In this document: positions 9,060 through 18,278 of the stretch, piece by piece
Layout of the letters: every line of letters starts with the position of its first letter
Position numbering within the stretch: position 1 is the stretch's first letter
From: Gammaproteobacteria bacterium
GTDB taxonomy: Bacteria; Pseudomonadota; Gammaproteobacteria; Francisellales; CACEW01
Reading direction: 5' to 3'
Assembly: GCA_020050355.1 (NCBI GenBank)
Contig: JAGVKT010000036.1
Span: forward strand, 67,115-128,668
DNA length: 61,554 nucleotides
The notes under the pieces: generated by a model
The model's input: only the letters and a program-made list of their open reading frames with translations
What the model was told of the DNA's origin: nothing
Database searches by the model: none
Program-made: the position numbers and the translations under genes

Positions 9060-9087
9060 CAAGATGCCCGCGCGCAAATAAGGCATT
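9060..9087 (+). repeat. Right copy of direct repeat flanking the deaminase-like gene
   Basis: CAAGATGCCCGCGCGCAAATAAGGCATT aligns to 6958-6981 with 2 substitutions and a 4-nt indel. Confidence 0.7.
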
Positions 9088-9114
9088 GTCTACGAGCGCA
9101 TATTTCTGTAGAAT
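9086..9114 (+). promoter_or_regulatory. Putative sigma70 promoter of thrS
   Basis: TTGTCT (9086-9091), 17-nt spacer, TAGAAT (9109-9114). Confidence 0.55.
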
Positions 9115-9143
9115 AACGTTAATTTTAGCCTGGTTAACTTTTG

Positions 9144-11060
9144 ATGTCTGTAATTACCTTGCCTGACGGCCAAACGAGAGAAGTGCCTAATGGTGCCACT
9201 TGTGCCCAATTTGCCGAAGCCATCAGCGTAAGTTTAGGTAAAGCCGCACTAGCCGCAGAGGTTGATGGCAAATTAGTTGATCTCTGTACACCTCTAAATC
9301 ACGATGCCAACGTACGCATCATCACTAGCAAAGATCCAGAAAGTCTAGAAGTCATACGCCATTCAACCGCCCATTTATTAGCACAAGCAGTAAAGCAACT
9401 TTATCCTAAAGCACAAGTAACCATTGGCCCAGTGATTGAAAATGGTTTTTATTATGATTTTGCTTATACCGCTGGTTTTACACCTGAAGACTTAGAAAAA
9501 ATCACCAAACGTATGCATGAGCTGGTTAAACAAAAAAATCCTGTTACCCGTAAGGTAGTGTCCCGCAACGAAGCCATTGCTTATTTCGAGTCTATTGGTG
9601 AAAAATATAAAGCTGAAATTATCAAAAGCATTCCTGAAAATGAAACCTTAAGTTTATACACTCAAGGTGATTTTACTGATTTGTGCCGTGGCCCACATGT
9701 ACCGAACACAAGTTTTTTAAAAGTTTTTAAACTCATGAGCGTTGCAGGAGCCTATTGGCGTGGAGATTCTAAAAATGAGATGCTGCAACGCATCTACGGA
9801 ACAGCCTGGCGGACAGAAGAAGAGTTAAAGCAATATATCTTTATGCTTGAAGAAGCCGAAAAGCGCGATCATCGCAAACTTGGTAAAGCCTTAGATCTTT
9901 TTCACTTGCAAGAAGACGCGCCAGGGATGATTTTTTGGCATCCAAATGGCTGGATTATTTGGCAAATTATCGAGCAACATTTGCGTTTAGAACAAAGCAA
10001 GATTGGCTTTGAGGAAATTAAAACGCCACAAGTTGTAGATATTTCACTCTGGCAAAAATCCGGACATGCTGATAAATATTTAGAAAATATGTTTCTGACA
10101 CATTCTGAAAACCGTGATTATGCGTTAAAACCCATGAGCTGCCCATGTCATGTGCAAGTATATAATCAAGGTATAAAGAGCTATCGAGATTTACCAGTGC
10201 GCTTAGCTGAGTTCGGCATTTGTCATCGTAATGAAAGCTCGGGATCTTTGCACGGCTTATTCCGGGTTCGTAGTATGGTTCAGGATGATGCACATATTTT
10301 TTGTACCGAACAACAAATAGAAGCAGAAGTCGCTACATTCATGAATTATGCCTTTAAGATTTATGCGGATTTTGGTTTAACGCAAGTGAGGGTAAAGTTA
10401 GCAACTCGCCCTACTAATAAAATAGGTGATGATAGGCTCTGGGACAAAGCTGAACAAGCATTGAGCGATGCACTGATTAAGCAAAATATTACCTTTGAAT
10501 ATTTGCCAGGTGAGGGCGCTTTTTACGGACCGAAAATTGAGTTACACCTTAAAGATTCATTAGGACGCGAATGGCAATGTGGCACTATGCAAGTGGACTT
10601 CAACATGCCTATGAGATTAGGTGCCGAATATGTTGCTGAAGATAATACTCGTAAAATACCAGTAATGTTGCATCGCGCCACACTGGGCTCTTTAGAACGT
10701 TTTATTGGTATGCTCATCGAGCATTATGCAGGGATCTTTCCAGTTTGGCTTGCGCCTGTTCAACTCGTAGTCATGGGCATTACTGATAAACATCAAGATT
10801 ATGTCAATAAAGTTGTGCAAAGTCTCAAAGAAAAAGGCTTCCGCGCTAAGGCAGATTTGCGTAATGAGAAGATAGGCTTTAAAATACGCGAGCATAGCTT
10901 ACAAAAAATACCCTACCAACTGGTGGTAGGTGATAAAGAAATGGTTGACAATACTATCGCCGTACGCAACAAAAAAGGCGAGGATTTAGGTGCAATGGAT
11001 ATAGAACATTTTATAAAATTTTTACAAACAGAAGTAAGCAAATTAGGAAAAATGGAATAA
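9144..11060 (+). CDS. thrS: Threonine--tRNA ligase
   Basis: TGS domain, [34 protein letters not shown] motifs. Confidence 0.98.
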   Translation: MSVITLPDGQTREVPNGATCAQFAEAISVSLGKAALAAEVDGKLVDLCTPLNHDANVRIITSKDPESLEVIRHSTAHLLAQAVKQLYPKAQVTIGPVIENGFYYDFAYTAGFTPEDLEKITKRMHELVKQKNPVTRKVVSRNEAIAYFESIGEKYKAEIIKSIPENETLSLYTQGDFTDLCRGPHVPNTSFLKVFKLMSVAGAYWRGDSKNEMLQRIYGTAWRTEEELKQYIFMLEEAEKRDHRKLGKALDLFHLQEDAPGMIFWHPNGWIIWQIIEQHLRLEQSKIGFEEIKTPQVVDISLWQKSGHADKYLENMFLTHSENRDYALKPMSCPCHVQVYNQGIKSYRDLPVRLAEFGICHRNESSGSLHGLFRVRSMVQDDAHIFCTEQQIEAEVATFMNYAFKIYADFGLTQVRVKLATRPTNKIGDDRLWDKAEQALSDALIKQNITFEYLPGEGAFYGPKIELHLKDSLGREWQCGTMQVDFNMPMRLGAEYVAEDNTRKIPVMLHRATLGSLERFIGMLIEHYAGIFPVWLAPVQLVVMGITDKHQDYVNKVVQSLKEKGFRAKADLRNEKIGFKIREHSLQKIPYQLVVGDKEMVDNTIAVRNKKGEDLGAMDIEHFIKFLQTEVSKLGKME

Positions 11061-11072
11061 GGAGAATGAGTC

Positions 11073-11594
11073 ATTAGCAAAGAAGATAAAATTCGCGTCA
11101 ACAAAGATATCCGTGCCCCTGAAGTAAGGCTCGTTGATGCAGAAGGAAAGCAAGTAGGTATTGTCAGTTTAAAAACCGCGCTCGATGCAGCGCTAACAGC
11201 AAGCTTGGATCTAGTTGAAATTGTCCCACAAGGCGTTCCACCTGTATGTCGCATCATGAATTATGGAAAATTTCTATTTGAACAAAATAAGCAAAAACAA
11301 GCCTCAAAAAAGAAGCAACGACAAATTCAAGTAAAAGAAATTAAATTACGCCCAGTCACTGAAGAGGCCGATTACCAAGTAAAGCTTCGCAATCTCATTC
11401 GCTTTTTAGATGATGGCGATAAAGCAAAAGTGACTTTAAAGTTCCGCGGTAGAGAGTTATCACATCAAGAGCTGGGTCTAAAAATTATGCAGCGCATCGA
11501 AAAAGACCTGGTCGAACATGCAACTGTTGAACAAGCTGTTAAAGTAGAAGGCAGACAAATGCTGATGATGTTTGCACCCAAAAAGAAAAAATAG
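11073..11594 (+). CDS. infC: Translation initiation factor IF-3 (ATT start)
   Basis: In-frame ATT at 11073 after AAGGAG gives (M)[21 protein letters not shown]...; [25 protein letters not shown]; ORF track start (11205) is too late. Confidence 0.95.
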   Translation: MSKEDKIRVNKDIRAPEVRLVDAEGKQVGIVSLKTALDAALTASLDLVEIVPQGVPPVCRIMNYGKFLFEQNKQKQASKKKQRQIQVKEIKLRPVTEEADYQVKLRNLIRFLDDGDKAKVTLKFRGRELSHQELGLKIMQRIEKDLVEHATVEQAVKVEGRQMLMMFAPKKKK

Positions 11595-11604
11595 ATACCA
11601 AAAT

Positions 11605-12477
11605 TTAAGTGCTTTCGGTGAAAAATCCTAGGCGATCGCCCAGTTGCAAACCTGGGCCTCCTGGAATATCAAATTGAAAAATCCGCTCGGTGAGCAAAAT
11701 TACCGTCGAGCCAAAATCAAAATAACCCAACTCATCACCCTGCTTAACAGCAATATTTTGATGCGAAACATCGCGCTTTTGTAAGGATTTTTTTTCAGCT
11801 GCAGTAAAATCTATAAAATGATTTTTGATGCCTGCCACCAACATCGCGCCAACCATAATGACAGCAAGCTTTCCAAGGTGAGTATTAAAAATCATAATGA
11901 GGCGTTCATTTTTGGCAAAAAGTTCTGGAACATGCGCTGCAGTGATGAGATTAACCGAAAATAATTTTCCTGGAACATACATAATTGTTTCAAGCTGTCC
12001 ATCAATAGGCATATGTACCCGATGATAATTAAAAGGCGCCAAATATAAAGTTGCAAAGCTGCCATTTTTAAAGAGCGCAGCAAGAGCAGTTTCTTGAGCT
12101 AGCAAGCATTCTAATGAATATTCACGCGCCTTAGCTTGAATAAGTTGTCCTTGGGTGATTGCGCCATATTCACTTAAAAGTGCCTCAGCAGGGCTGCATA
12201 GCGTTTTGCTAGAATCAAGGGACAACGGAAAGCCATCTGCAAGTTCACGAATAAAAAAAGCGTTAAAGCTTTTATGCGCATAAGGATCTTTGATTTTAGC
12301 TTGTTCAAGCTTGATGTTAAAACGCTTTATAAAAGCTTGAATTAAAATATTCTTAATCCACGTTATTTCACAGTCTGCAAGGCGTCCAATAAGGCGTGAA
12401 AGCAAATGCTGGGGTAATAAATACTGGCTTAACAAAAAAAATCTTATTTTAAATTTTAAAGACATACGCAAAAACAA
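11605..12477 (-). CDS. psd: Phosphatidylserine decarboxylase proenzyme
   Basis: QYLLPQHLLSR, FNAFFIR, YLAP.NYHRVHMP, FAKNER, FGSTV autocleavage motif. Confidence 0.93.
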   Translation of the reverse strand: MFLRMSLKFKIRFFLLSQYLLPQHLLSRLIGRLADCEITWIKNILIQAFIKRFNIKLEQAKIKDPYAHKSFNAFFIRELADGFPLSLDSSKTLCSPAEALLSEYGAITQGQLIQAKAREYSLECLLAQETALAALFKNGSFATLYLAPFNYHRVHMPIDGQLETIMYVPGKLFSVNLITAAHVPELFAKNERLIMIFNTHLGKLAVIMVGAMLVAGIKNHFIDFTAAEKKSLQKRDVSHQNIAVKQGDELGYFDFGSTVILLTERIFQFDIPGGPGLQLGDRLGFFTEST

Positions 12478-12559
12478 CTCATTTTAAAAACGTATTATAG
12501 CAAAATGCGCACCTCTTGAAACAAGAAAGGTAGGCGCAAACAGGGTCACTAAAAACAAT

Positions 12560-12588
12560 TTGCTTTTAGAGCGTTTTTTGTATAAAAT
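12560..12588 (+). promoter_or_regulatory. Sigma70 promoter of rpsF operon
   Basis: TTGCTT, 17-nt spacer, TAAAAT. Confidence 0.55.
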
Positions 12589-12662
12589 GCTTGCCTCTTT
12601 GCTTGCCGGGGAGCCAAAAGGCAAGCTTATACCGAGAAATTCGGAATAATCCATAAGGAGCT
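12589..12662 (+). promoter_or_regulatory. Structured rpsF leader, probable S6:S18 autoregulatory RNA
   Basis: GCTTGCC...GGCAAGC hairpin followed by CTTAT-(CCGA GAAA TTCGG)-ATAAG stem that overlaps the AAGGAG SD. Confidence 0.5.
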
Positions 12663-12667
12663 TATAA

Positions 12668-13018
12668 ATGAACCATTACGAATTGATCGTGATGATTCAT
12701 CCAGATCAAAGCGATAATGCTGCGAACTTGATGAATCGTTACAAAGAAATGATTACTAAAGTGGGCGGTAAAATACACCGTTATGAAGACTGGGGTCGTA
12801 AATCTCTTGCCTATGGCATTAATAATTTGCACAAGGCGCATTTTGTCCTCATGAATTTTGATTTTAATAGCAAAGATCTCAAAGAATTAACCGATGCCTT
12901 ACGCTACAGTGATTCGGTATTGCGTTTTATGACCACTAAAACCAAAGGTCCGATCAGCAAGCCTTCTGTAATGATGCAGCCGCGTAAAAATAGCGAACAC
13001 CAAGGAGACAGAGGATGA
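12668..13018 (+). CDS. rpsF: 30S ribosomal protein S6
   Basis: [33 protein letters not shown]. Confidence 0.97.
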   Translation: MNHYELIVMIHPDQSDNAANLMNRYKEMITKVGGKIHRYEDWGRKSLAYGINNLHKAHFVLMNFDFNSKDLKELTDALRYSDSVLRFMTTKTKGPISKPSVMMQPRKNSEHQGDRG

Positions 13019-13233
13019 GCAATATGCGTAGACGTGCCTGCCGTTTTTCTGATGGCAGTTTAGAAATTGATTACAAAGATATTAATTTATTAAGAGAGTA
13101 TATTACCGAAGGCGGCAAAATTGTTCCCAGCCGTATTACCGGAACCTCTAGTAAATACCAACGTAAACTTGCTGAGGCAATCAAAAAAGCACGCTTTTTA
13201 GCGTTATTGCCTTATTGCGACAGACATAAATAA
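13015..13233 (+). CDS. rpsR: 30S ribosomal protein S18
   Basis: [24 protein letters not shown]. Confidence 0.97.
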   Translation: MSNMRRRACRFSDGSLEIDYKDINLLREYITEGGKIVPSRITGTSSKYQRKLAEAIKKARFLALLPYCDRHK

Positions 13234-13248
13234 AAAAGGATAAATATC

Positions 13249-13794
13249 ATGCAAGTTATTTTACGAGAAAAAATTAGAAGGTTAGGAGATTTAGGCGAAA
13301 GTGTAAATGTAAAGCCGGGCTTTGCACGTAATTATTTAGTACCCCAAGGCAAGGCAATGATCGCAAATAAAGAAAATTTAGCTCGCTTTGAAGCAGAGCG
13401 CGCTGCACTTGAGAAAAAAGCACTCGAAGTGTTCAACGCCGCCAAAGCGCGTGCTGATAAATTACAAGGCATCACTATCACCATCAATGCGAGTGCAGGT
13501 GCAGGCGGTAAACTGTTTGGATCAATCGGTACTCGAGATATCAGTGACGCCATCAACGCGACGGGCGTGTCAGTAGAAAAACATGAAGTACGCTTGTCTC
13601 ATGGTGTAATTCGCCAAGTAGGAGAATATCAAGTAGAGCTGCATTTACACAGCGATCTTGATGTTAACATTAAAGTAGTCGTGCTTCCTGAAGGCGGCCC
13701 AGTTCCTAGTGTAGTTTTAGAGGCCTTTGGTGAAACACCTGTAGAAGCCGAAGCAGAAATCGTAGAAGAAATTCAAAAAGAGCAGGGTAAATAA
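13249..13794 (+). CDS. rplI: 50S ribosomal protein L9 with acidic C-terminal extension
   Basis: MQVIL, VKPGFARNYLVP, GKLFGSI. Confidence 0.97.
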   Translation: MQVILREKIRRLGDLGESVNVKPGFARNYLVPQGKAMIANKENLARFEAERAALEKKALEVFNAAKARADKLQGITITINASAGAGGKLFGSIGTRDISDAINATGVSVEKHEVRLSHGVIRQVGEYQVELHLHSDLDVNIKVVVLPEGGPVPSVVLEAFGETPVEAEAEIVEEIQKEQGK

Positions 13795-13806
13795 GAAGAT
13801 CCGCTT

Positions 13807-13828
13807 TGGGCGTAGCATCCTACGCCCA
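13807..13828 (+). terminator. GC-rich hairpin after rplI
   Basis: TGGGCGTAG-CATC-CTACGCCCA perfect 9-bp stem; weak U-tract. Confidence 0.5.
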
Positions 13829-13910
13829 GCATTTGCGCACCTTAAATGCTTATAGTATTCCCGGGTCAAAAACGTTAAAATAACAGGTCTTAATTTCTAG
13901 TCTTCAAGCC

Positions 13911-15311
13911 ATGTCGGAAAAATTTCAAAGTTTTAAAGGTGAGCGCGCTAAAAAAAATAAATTCGAAGATTTTTCGGGATTAAAAATTGCCCCGCATTCC
14001 GTTGAAGCCGAGCAGTCCTTTTTAGGCGGCTTGATGATGGATAATTCAGTATGGGATAAAACCGCAGATGCTGTAGCCCATCAGGATTTTTATCGATCTG
14101 AGCATCAAATAATCTTTCAGCATATTCAAGAATTAGCAGATAAAGGTACTCCCTTTGATGTAGTAACGCTTGCAGATGCGATGAGCACCAAAGGAATTCT
14201 CGATGAGATCGGGGGGTTAGCATACCTTGCCGAGCTTGTTAAAAATACACCAAGCGTTTCTAATATAAAAGCTTATGCAGATATTATCCGTGAGAGGGGG
14301 ATCCTAAGGCGCTTATTAAGTACAGTACAATCACTCGCAGAATCAATATATGATCCTAACGGCAAATCAAGTGAAGAATTACTTGATGAGGCAGAGCAAA
14401 AAATATTTGCAATTAGCGAGCATAGCTTAAAAGAGGATGGCCCAAGCTCAATACGCACTATTATTCCAGGCATTATCGAAAAATTAGATGAATTAAAAAC
14501 AAATCACAGCAGCATCACTGGCACAGCAACAGACTATACTGATTTAGATCGTATGACATCAGGATTGCAACCTGCAGATATGGTAATTATTGCCGGACGT
14601 CCATCCATGGGTAAAACAACCTTTGCCATGAATATTGCTGAAAACATAGCAATGGATAGCCCAAAGCCAGTATTAGTTTTTAGTATGGAAATGCCCAAAG
14701 AAGCGTTGATGATGCGGATACTATCTTCATTAGGACGCGTCAATCAATCAGCATTACGTTCGGGGCAACTCGAAGATCATGATTGGAGTAAATTATTTGC
14801 TACCGTAAATTTATTAAGCGAACGCATGAATTTATTTATTGATGACAGTGCCGCATTAACACCGACTGACTTGCGCGCACGTGCACGACGACTTGCACGC
14901 GAGCATGGAGGTTTACGTTTAATCATCATTGATTATTTACAGTTAATGCGTGTACCGGGTCTATCTGACAATCGGGTGAATGAAGTATCCGAAATTTCCC
15001 GTAACATTAAAGCGCTAGCTAAAGAACTGAATGTTCCTGTCATCGCTTTATCACAGCTTAGTCGCAAATGTGAAGATCGCAATGACAAACGTCCCGTCAT
15101 GTCAGACATCAGAGAATCAGGCTCTATTGAGCAGGATGCAGATATTGTTATGTTTGTCTATCGCGATGAAGTGTATCATCCAGATACTAAAGATAAAGGC
15201 ATCGCTGAAATCCTAATACGCAAACACCGTAACGGACCAATCGGCGATTTACGTTTAACTTTTCTTGGGCAATATTGTCGCTTTGATAATTATGCGCCGG
15301 TAGGATATTAG
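13911..15311 (+). CDS. dnaB: Replicative DNA helicase
   Basis: PHSVEAEQS, GRPSMGKT Walker A, IIIDYLQL, RESGSIEQDAD; no intein. Confidence 0.98.
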   Translation: MSEKFQSFKGERAKKNKFEDFSGLKIAPHSVEAEQSFLGGLMMDNSVWDKTADAVAHQDFYRSEHQIIFQHIQELADKGTPFDVVTLADAMSTKGILDEIGGLAYLAELVKNTPSVSNIKAYADIIRERGILRRLLSTVQSLAESIYDPNGKSSEELLDEAEQKIFAISEHSLKEDGPSSIRTIIPGIIEKLDELKTNHSSITGTATDYTDLDRMTSGLQPADMVIIAGRPSMGKTTFAMNIAENIAMDSPKPVLVFSMEMPKEALMMRILSSLGRVNQSALRSGQLEDHDWSKLFATVNLLSERMNLFIDDSAALTPTDLRARARRLAREHGGLRLIIIDYLQLMRVPGLSDNRVNEVSEISRNIKALAKELNVPVIALSQLSRKCEDRNDKRPVMSDIRESGSIEQDADIVMFVYRDEVYHPDTKDKGIAEILIRKHRNGPIGDLRLTFLGQYCRFDNYAPVGY

Positions 15312-15312
15312 C

Positions 15313-16446
15313 GTGAGAGTTGAAGCGTTAATTGATTCTGAAGCACTGCAACATAATCTCGAAGTTGTGCGTCGACTCGTCCCCACAGCAAAAATTTTAG
15401 CAATGGTCAAAGCAAATGCGTATGGTCATGAAATTTTATTATGCGCAGAAACACTAGCTGCAGATTTTTTAGGCGTGGCAACATTAGAAGAAGCCTACAC
15501 ATTAAGATTTCATGGCATCAGCAAGCGTATCCTACTCACGCCCGGTTTTCAAAATGAAGAAGAATTAAATCATATTATAGATTTAGAATTAGACACTATC
15601 GTACATTATCCGCATCAAGTAGAAATTTTGCAGCATTATCGAGGTAATTATCGTCTGCCGGTGTGGTTTAAATTTAATACGGGCATGCATCGTTTAGGCT
15701 TTGCATATGATGAGGCTTTAGAGTATTTACGTCGCCTAGAAAAATTAACGCAGATTGAAATTATTTGCCTGATGTCGCATTTATCGCTAGCAGACCAGCC
15801 AAATAACGCGCACACTTTGATGCAAATTGAACGCTTTAAAAAATTCACACAAAACCTTAGTTACCCAAAAAGCATTTTAAATTCAGCAGGCATTATCAAC
15901 TATCAAGATGCTGCCAACGATATCGTGCGCCCTGGTTTGCTCTTATATGGTGCAAGCCCAGTAGCAACAGGCACGGCTGCAAGCTTAGGGGTTAAGCCCG
16001 TAATGACTTTACAGGCCGCCGTATTAGCAAAAGTAAAAGTAGCGAAGGGAGAAAGCGTAGGTTATGGCAATGATTGGACAGCTCCAAAAAACAGTGAGCT
16101 TGCTGTGATCGCATGTGGTTATGGCGATGGCTATCCGCAAAAGCCTAAGGCTGGACAAGTATATTATCGCGGCCAGCTTTTACCTATTGTTGGACGCGTC
16201 TCTATGGATTTTCTCACCGTTGATGTTACTGCATGTAAACATGAAATTGCTGTAGGCGATATTGTAGAATTATGGGGCAAAAATCTTTATGTCAATGATG
16301 CAGCAAAAGCAATTGGAACAGAAGTCTATCCTTTATTAACCAGCATTATGGCCCGGGTAGAAAGAAAAGACGTAGCAGCGCTTTATTCTTACCAGCAAGC
16401 ACATCAAAAGCTTGCTAAGAAACCCAGTTTTAAATTTAAAAATTAA
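15313..16446 (+). CDS. alr: Alanine racemase
   Basis: AMVKANAYGH PLP lysine, NTGMHRLG, VRPG, GYGDG, GRVSMD; GTG start. Confidence 0.96.
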   Translation: MRVEALIDSEALQHNLEVVRRLVPTAKILAMVKANAYGHEILLCAETLAADFLGVATLEEAYTLRFHGISKRILLTPGFQNEEELNHIIDLELDTIVHYPHQVEILQHYRGNYRLPVWFKFNTGMHRLGFAYDEALEYLRRLEKLTQIEIICLMSHLSLADQPNNAHTLMQIERFKKFTQNLSYPKSILNSAGIINYQDAANDIVRPGLLLYGASPVATGTAASLGVKPVMTLQAAVLAKVKVAKGESVGYGNDWTAPKNSELAVIACGYGDGYPQKPKAGQVYYRGQLLPIVGRVSMDFLTVDVTACKHEIAVGDIVELWGKNLYVNDAAKAIGTEVYPLLTSIMARVERKDVAALYSYQQAHQKLAKKPSFKFKN

Positions 16447-18095
16447 CAACCTAATCCGTTATTATTAACACCAACTCCAGCAATCCCGCCTGCTGCGTCG
16501 GAAGGTAAAGGAGTTAAGCCCGAAATACCTAATGATCCTGTTACCTTAGGATGATCTCGTGGTACTAATGCTGGTTGCGTTCTACTAGAGCCAGAGCTTC
16601 GTTGACAAGTATTTCCAAAACTTAAAGCTGCAACAAGTTCTTGCACAATAAAATTAAGCATTGATCCCATAGCAAAAGCAGCACCCGCCCCAAGTAATAC
16701 TGGTGTATTGCCATAAATTTTGCCGCTGACCAACATGCCAAACATGGTTATTAAAAAATCAGCACGTGCTGGTGTTTCTCTACGCGTGCTATATTTGCCT
16801 ATCAAAGGAAGTACAAAAAATAATCCTAGCAAAAAAGGTACAAAGGTTTGTAGGTCATCTTTAATTTGTGTTGGAGTTTCATACGGAGGTACAAATTTCT
16901 TGATGATTGCCATAGTAGGCACAACCGGCACAAGCTCAAGCGCTGCTTTTGCTAAATAAAGTAATGCGGTTAATAAATATACTCTAATTTTTGCACAAGC
17001 ACGTCCAGGAATATGGCTAGTACTCGATTTAAGGCTTTGAAGCATCCGTTCATAGCGTTTTTGAAGTACCATATTAAGGAACATCGTTTCAAAAAAGATC
17101 GCACCTGCCATCAGACCAATTTGTCGAGCAAGAGCACTATGATTAGTAAAGCCATAAACAAATACGCCTGTTGTGACACCTGCCGCAACAGCACCTGCTA
17201 AAATTTGAAACAAAGGAGAAGAAAATTCTTTCTTAACAGTTCCGGGAGTGGGATCTAGCAGAATAAGCCGGTCTTCAGCTAAAGTTGGCTGAGGAGCAGA
17301 AGCGCCTTGGCATCTATCTATTATAAAGCGAGGAATACTACTAACACTGGTAGCAACAGGATCGATATAGTCTTGAATCATCATATTAACCACCGAAGCA
17401 GTGGCAAAAGTTGCACCAGCAGGCAATAAGCTGGGTGCTAGATCATAGGCAAGACCAGCAATAAGCATGCCTATCATGGTAATGCCAATATCTGTCCGCG
17501 TTATATGAAGTTTGCGTAACTCATGACTACTCAATTCCGCTGCTTTATTAATCGAAAACACTAAAGCAAAAACCAAAGGCAGAAAAATCCTTAAGCTAAG
17601 TATTATTTCTGCGAAACTTTCTTGCGGCGGAATAAGAAATTTAACACCAGCAATCATAGGGGCGATAACGGTAGTTATGTAAGCAGCAGAACCCAAATTT
17701 TCAGTAAGATGAACAAGTTTATTATTTTCTAAAGATGGGAATTTTTTATAGAATTCTTGAGCCATCGCTTTTGTAAGTTTATTAAGATAGGGTAAAGCAA
17801 AAAATATTAAAAACGTAAGCGTGCTGACCTGTGACCAAGGGGCAGGATCAGACCCCTCGGCAAAACCATTGAGAAAGAGAAACGCCGTGATGGCAGCACC
17901 GACACTACCAAAAAACACTTGGTGCAAAAAAGGACCAGGAGGTGCTGGGTTAGCAGTAGAAGTGGGTGCTGGAATCAAAGCAGCATGAGAGCTGGTTGGT
18001 AAAAGAGCTGCTCCATCTATTTCAGAATAAAATCCATTATCAGGAGTACTAAAACCGTATTTTCCTGGCACCGTCCCTGCTCCTGCTCCTGGCAT
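16443..18095 (-). CDS. Hypothetical multi-pass membrane protein with an internal tandem duplication
   Basis: 550-aa ORF with AGGGAG RBS, many hydrophobic segments, two alignable ~190-aa halves, Gly/Pro-rich termini. Confidence 0.7.
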   Translation of the reverse strand: MPGAGAGTVPGKYGFSTPDNGFYSEIDGAALLPTSSHAALIPAPTSTANPAPPGPFLHQVFFGSVGAAITAFLFLNGFAEGSDPAPWSQVSTLTFLIFFALPYLNKLTKAMAQEFYKKFPSLENNKLVHLTENLGSAAYITTVIAPMIAGVKFLIPPQESFAEIILSLRIFLPLVFALVFSINKAAELSSHELRKLHITRTDIGITMIGMLIAGLAYDLAPSLLPAGATFATASVVNMMIQDYIDPVATSVSSIPRFIIDRCQGASAPQPTLAEDRLILLDPTPGTVKKEFSSPLFQILAGAVAAGVTTGVFVYGFTNHSALARQIGLMAGAIFFETMFLNMVLQKRYERMLQSLKSSTSHIPGRACAKIRVYLLTALLYLAKAALELVPVVPTMAIIKKFVPPYETPTQIKDDLQTFVPFLLGLFFVLPLIGKYSTRRETPARADFLITMFGMLVSGKIYGNTPVLLGAGAAFAMGSMLNFIVQELVAALSFGNTCQRSSGSSRTQPALVPRDHPKVTGSLGISGLTPLPSDAAGGIAGVGVNNNGLGC

Positions 18096-18278
18096 ATTAA
18101 CTCCCTTAATAATTAAATTATAAGCTTATTTTTATAGATTTATTATAGATTAATGAGATACATTATATATATTTTTTCCTTATTGGTAAAGGAGTAAAAT
18201 AAAGTGATACTTTTTCCAAAATAGAAACAATAGCCTTATAATTACTGCAATCAAATATTTTTAATGTAATCGATTAGA

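Noticed and set aside
960-9140. Classical tRNA-integrated genomic island or integron array
   Set aside because: No integrase, no duplicated tRNA-His 3' end (attR) spotted by eye, no recurring attC sites, and mixed gene orientation
16360-16446. Basic C-terminal extension of Alr (…KLAKKPSFKFKN)
   Set aside because: Most simply stop-codon drift into the convergent orphan gene; no evidence of function
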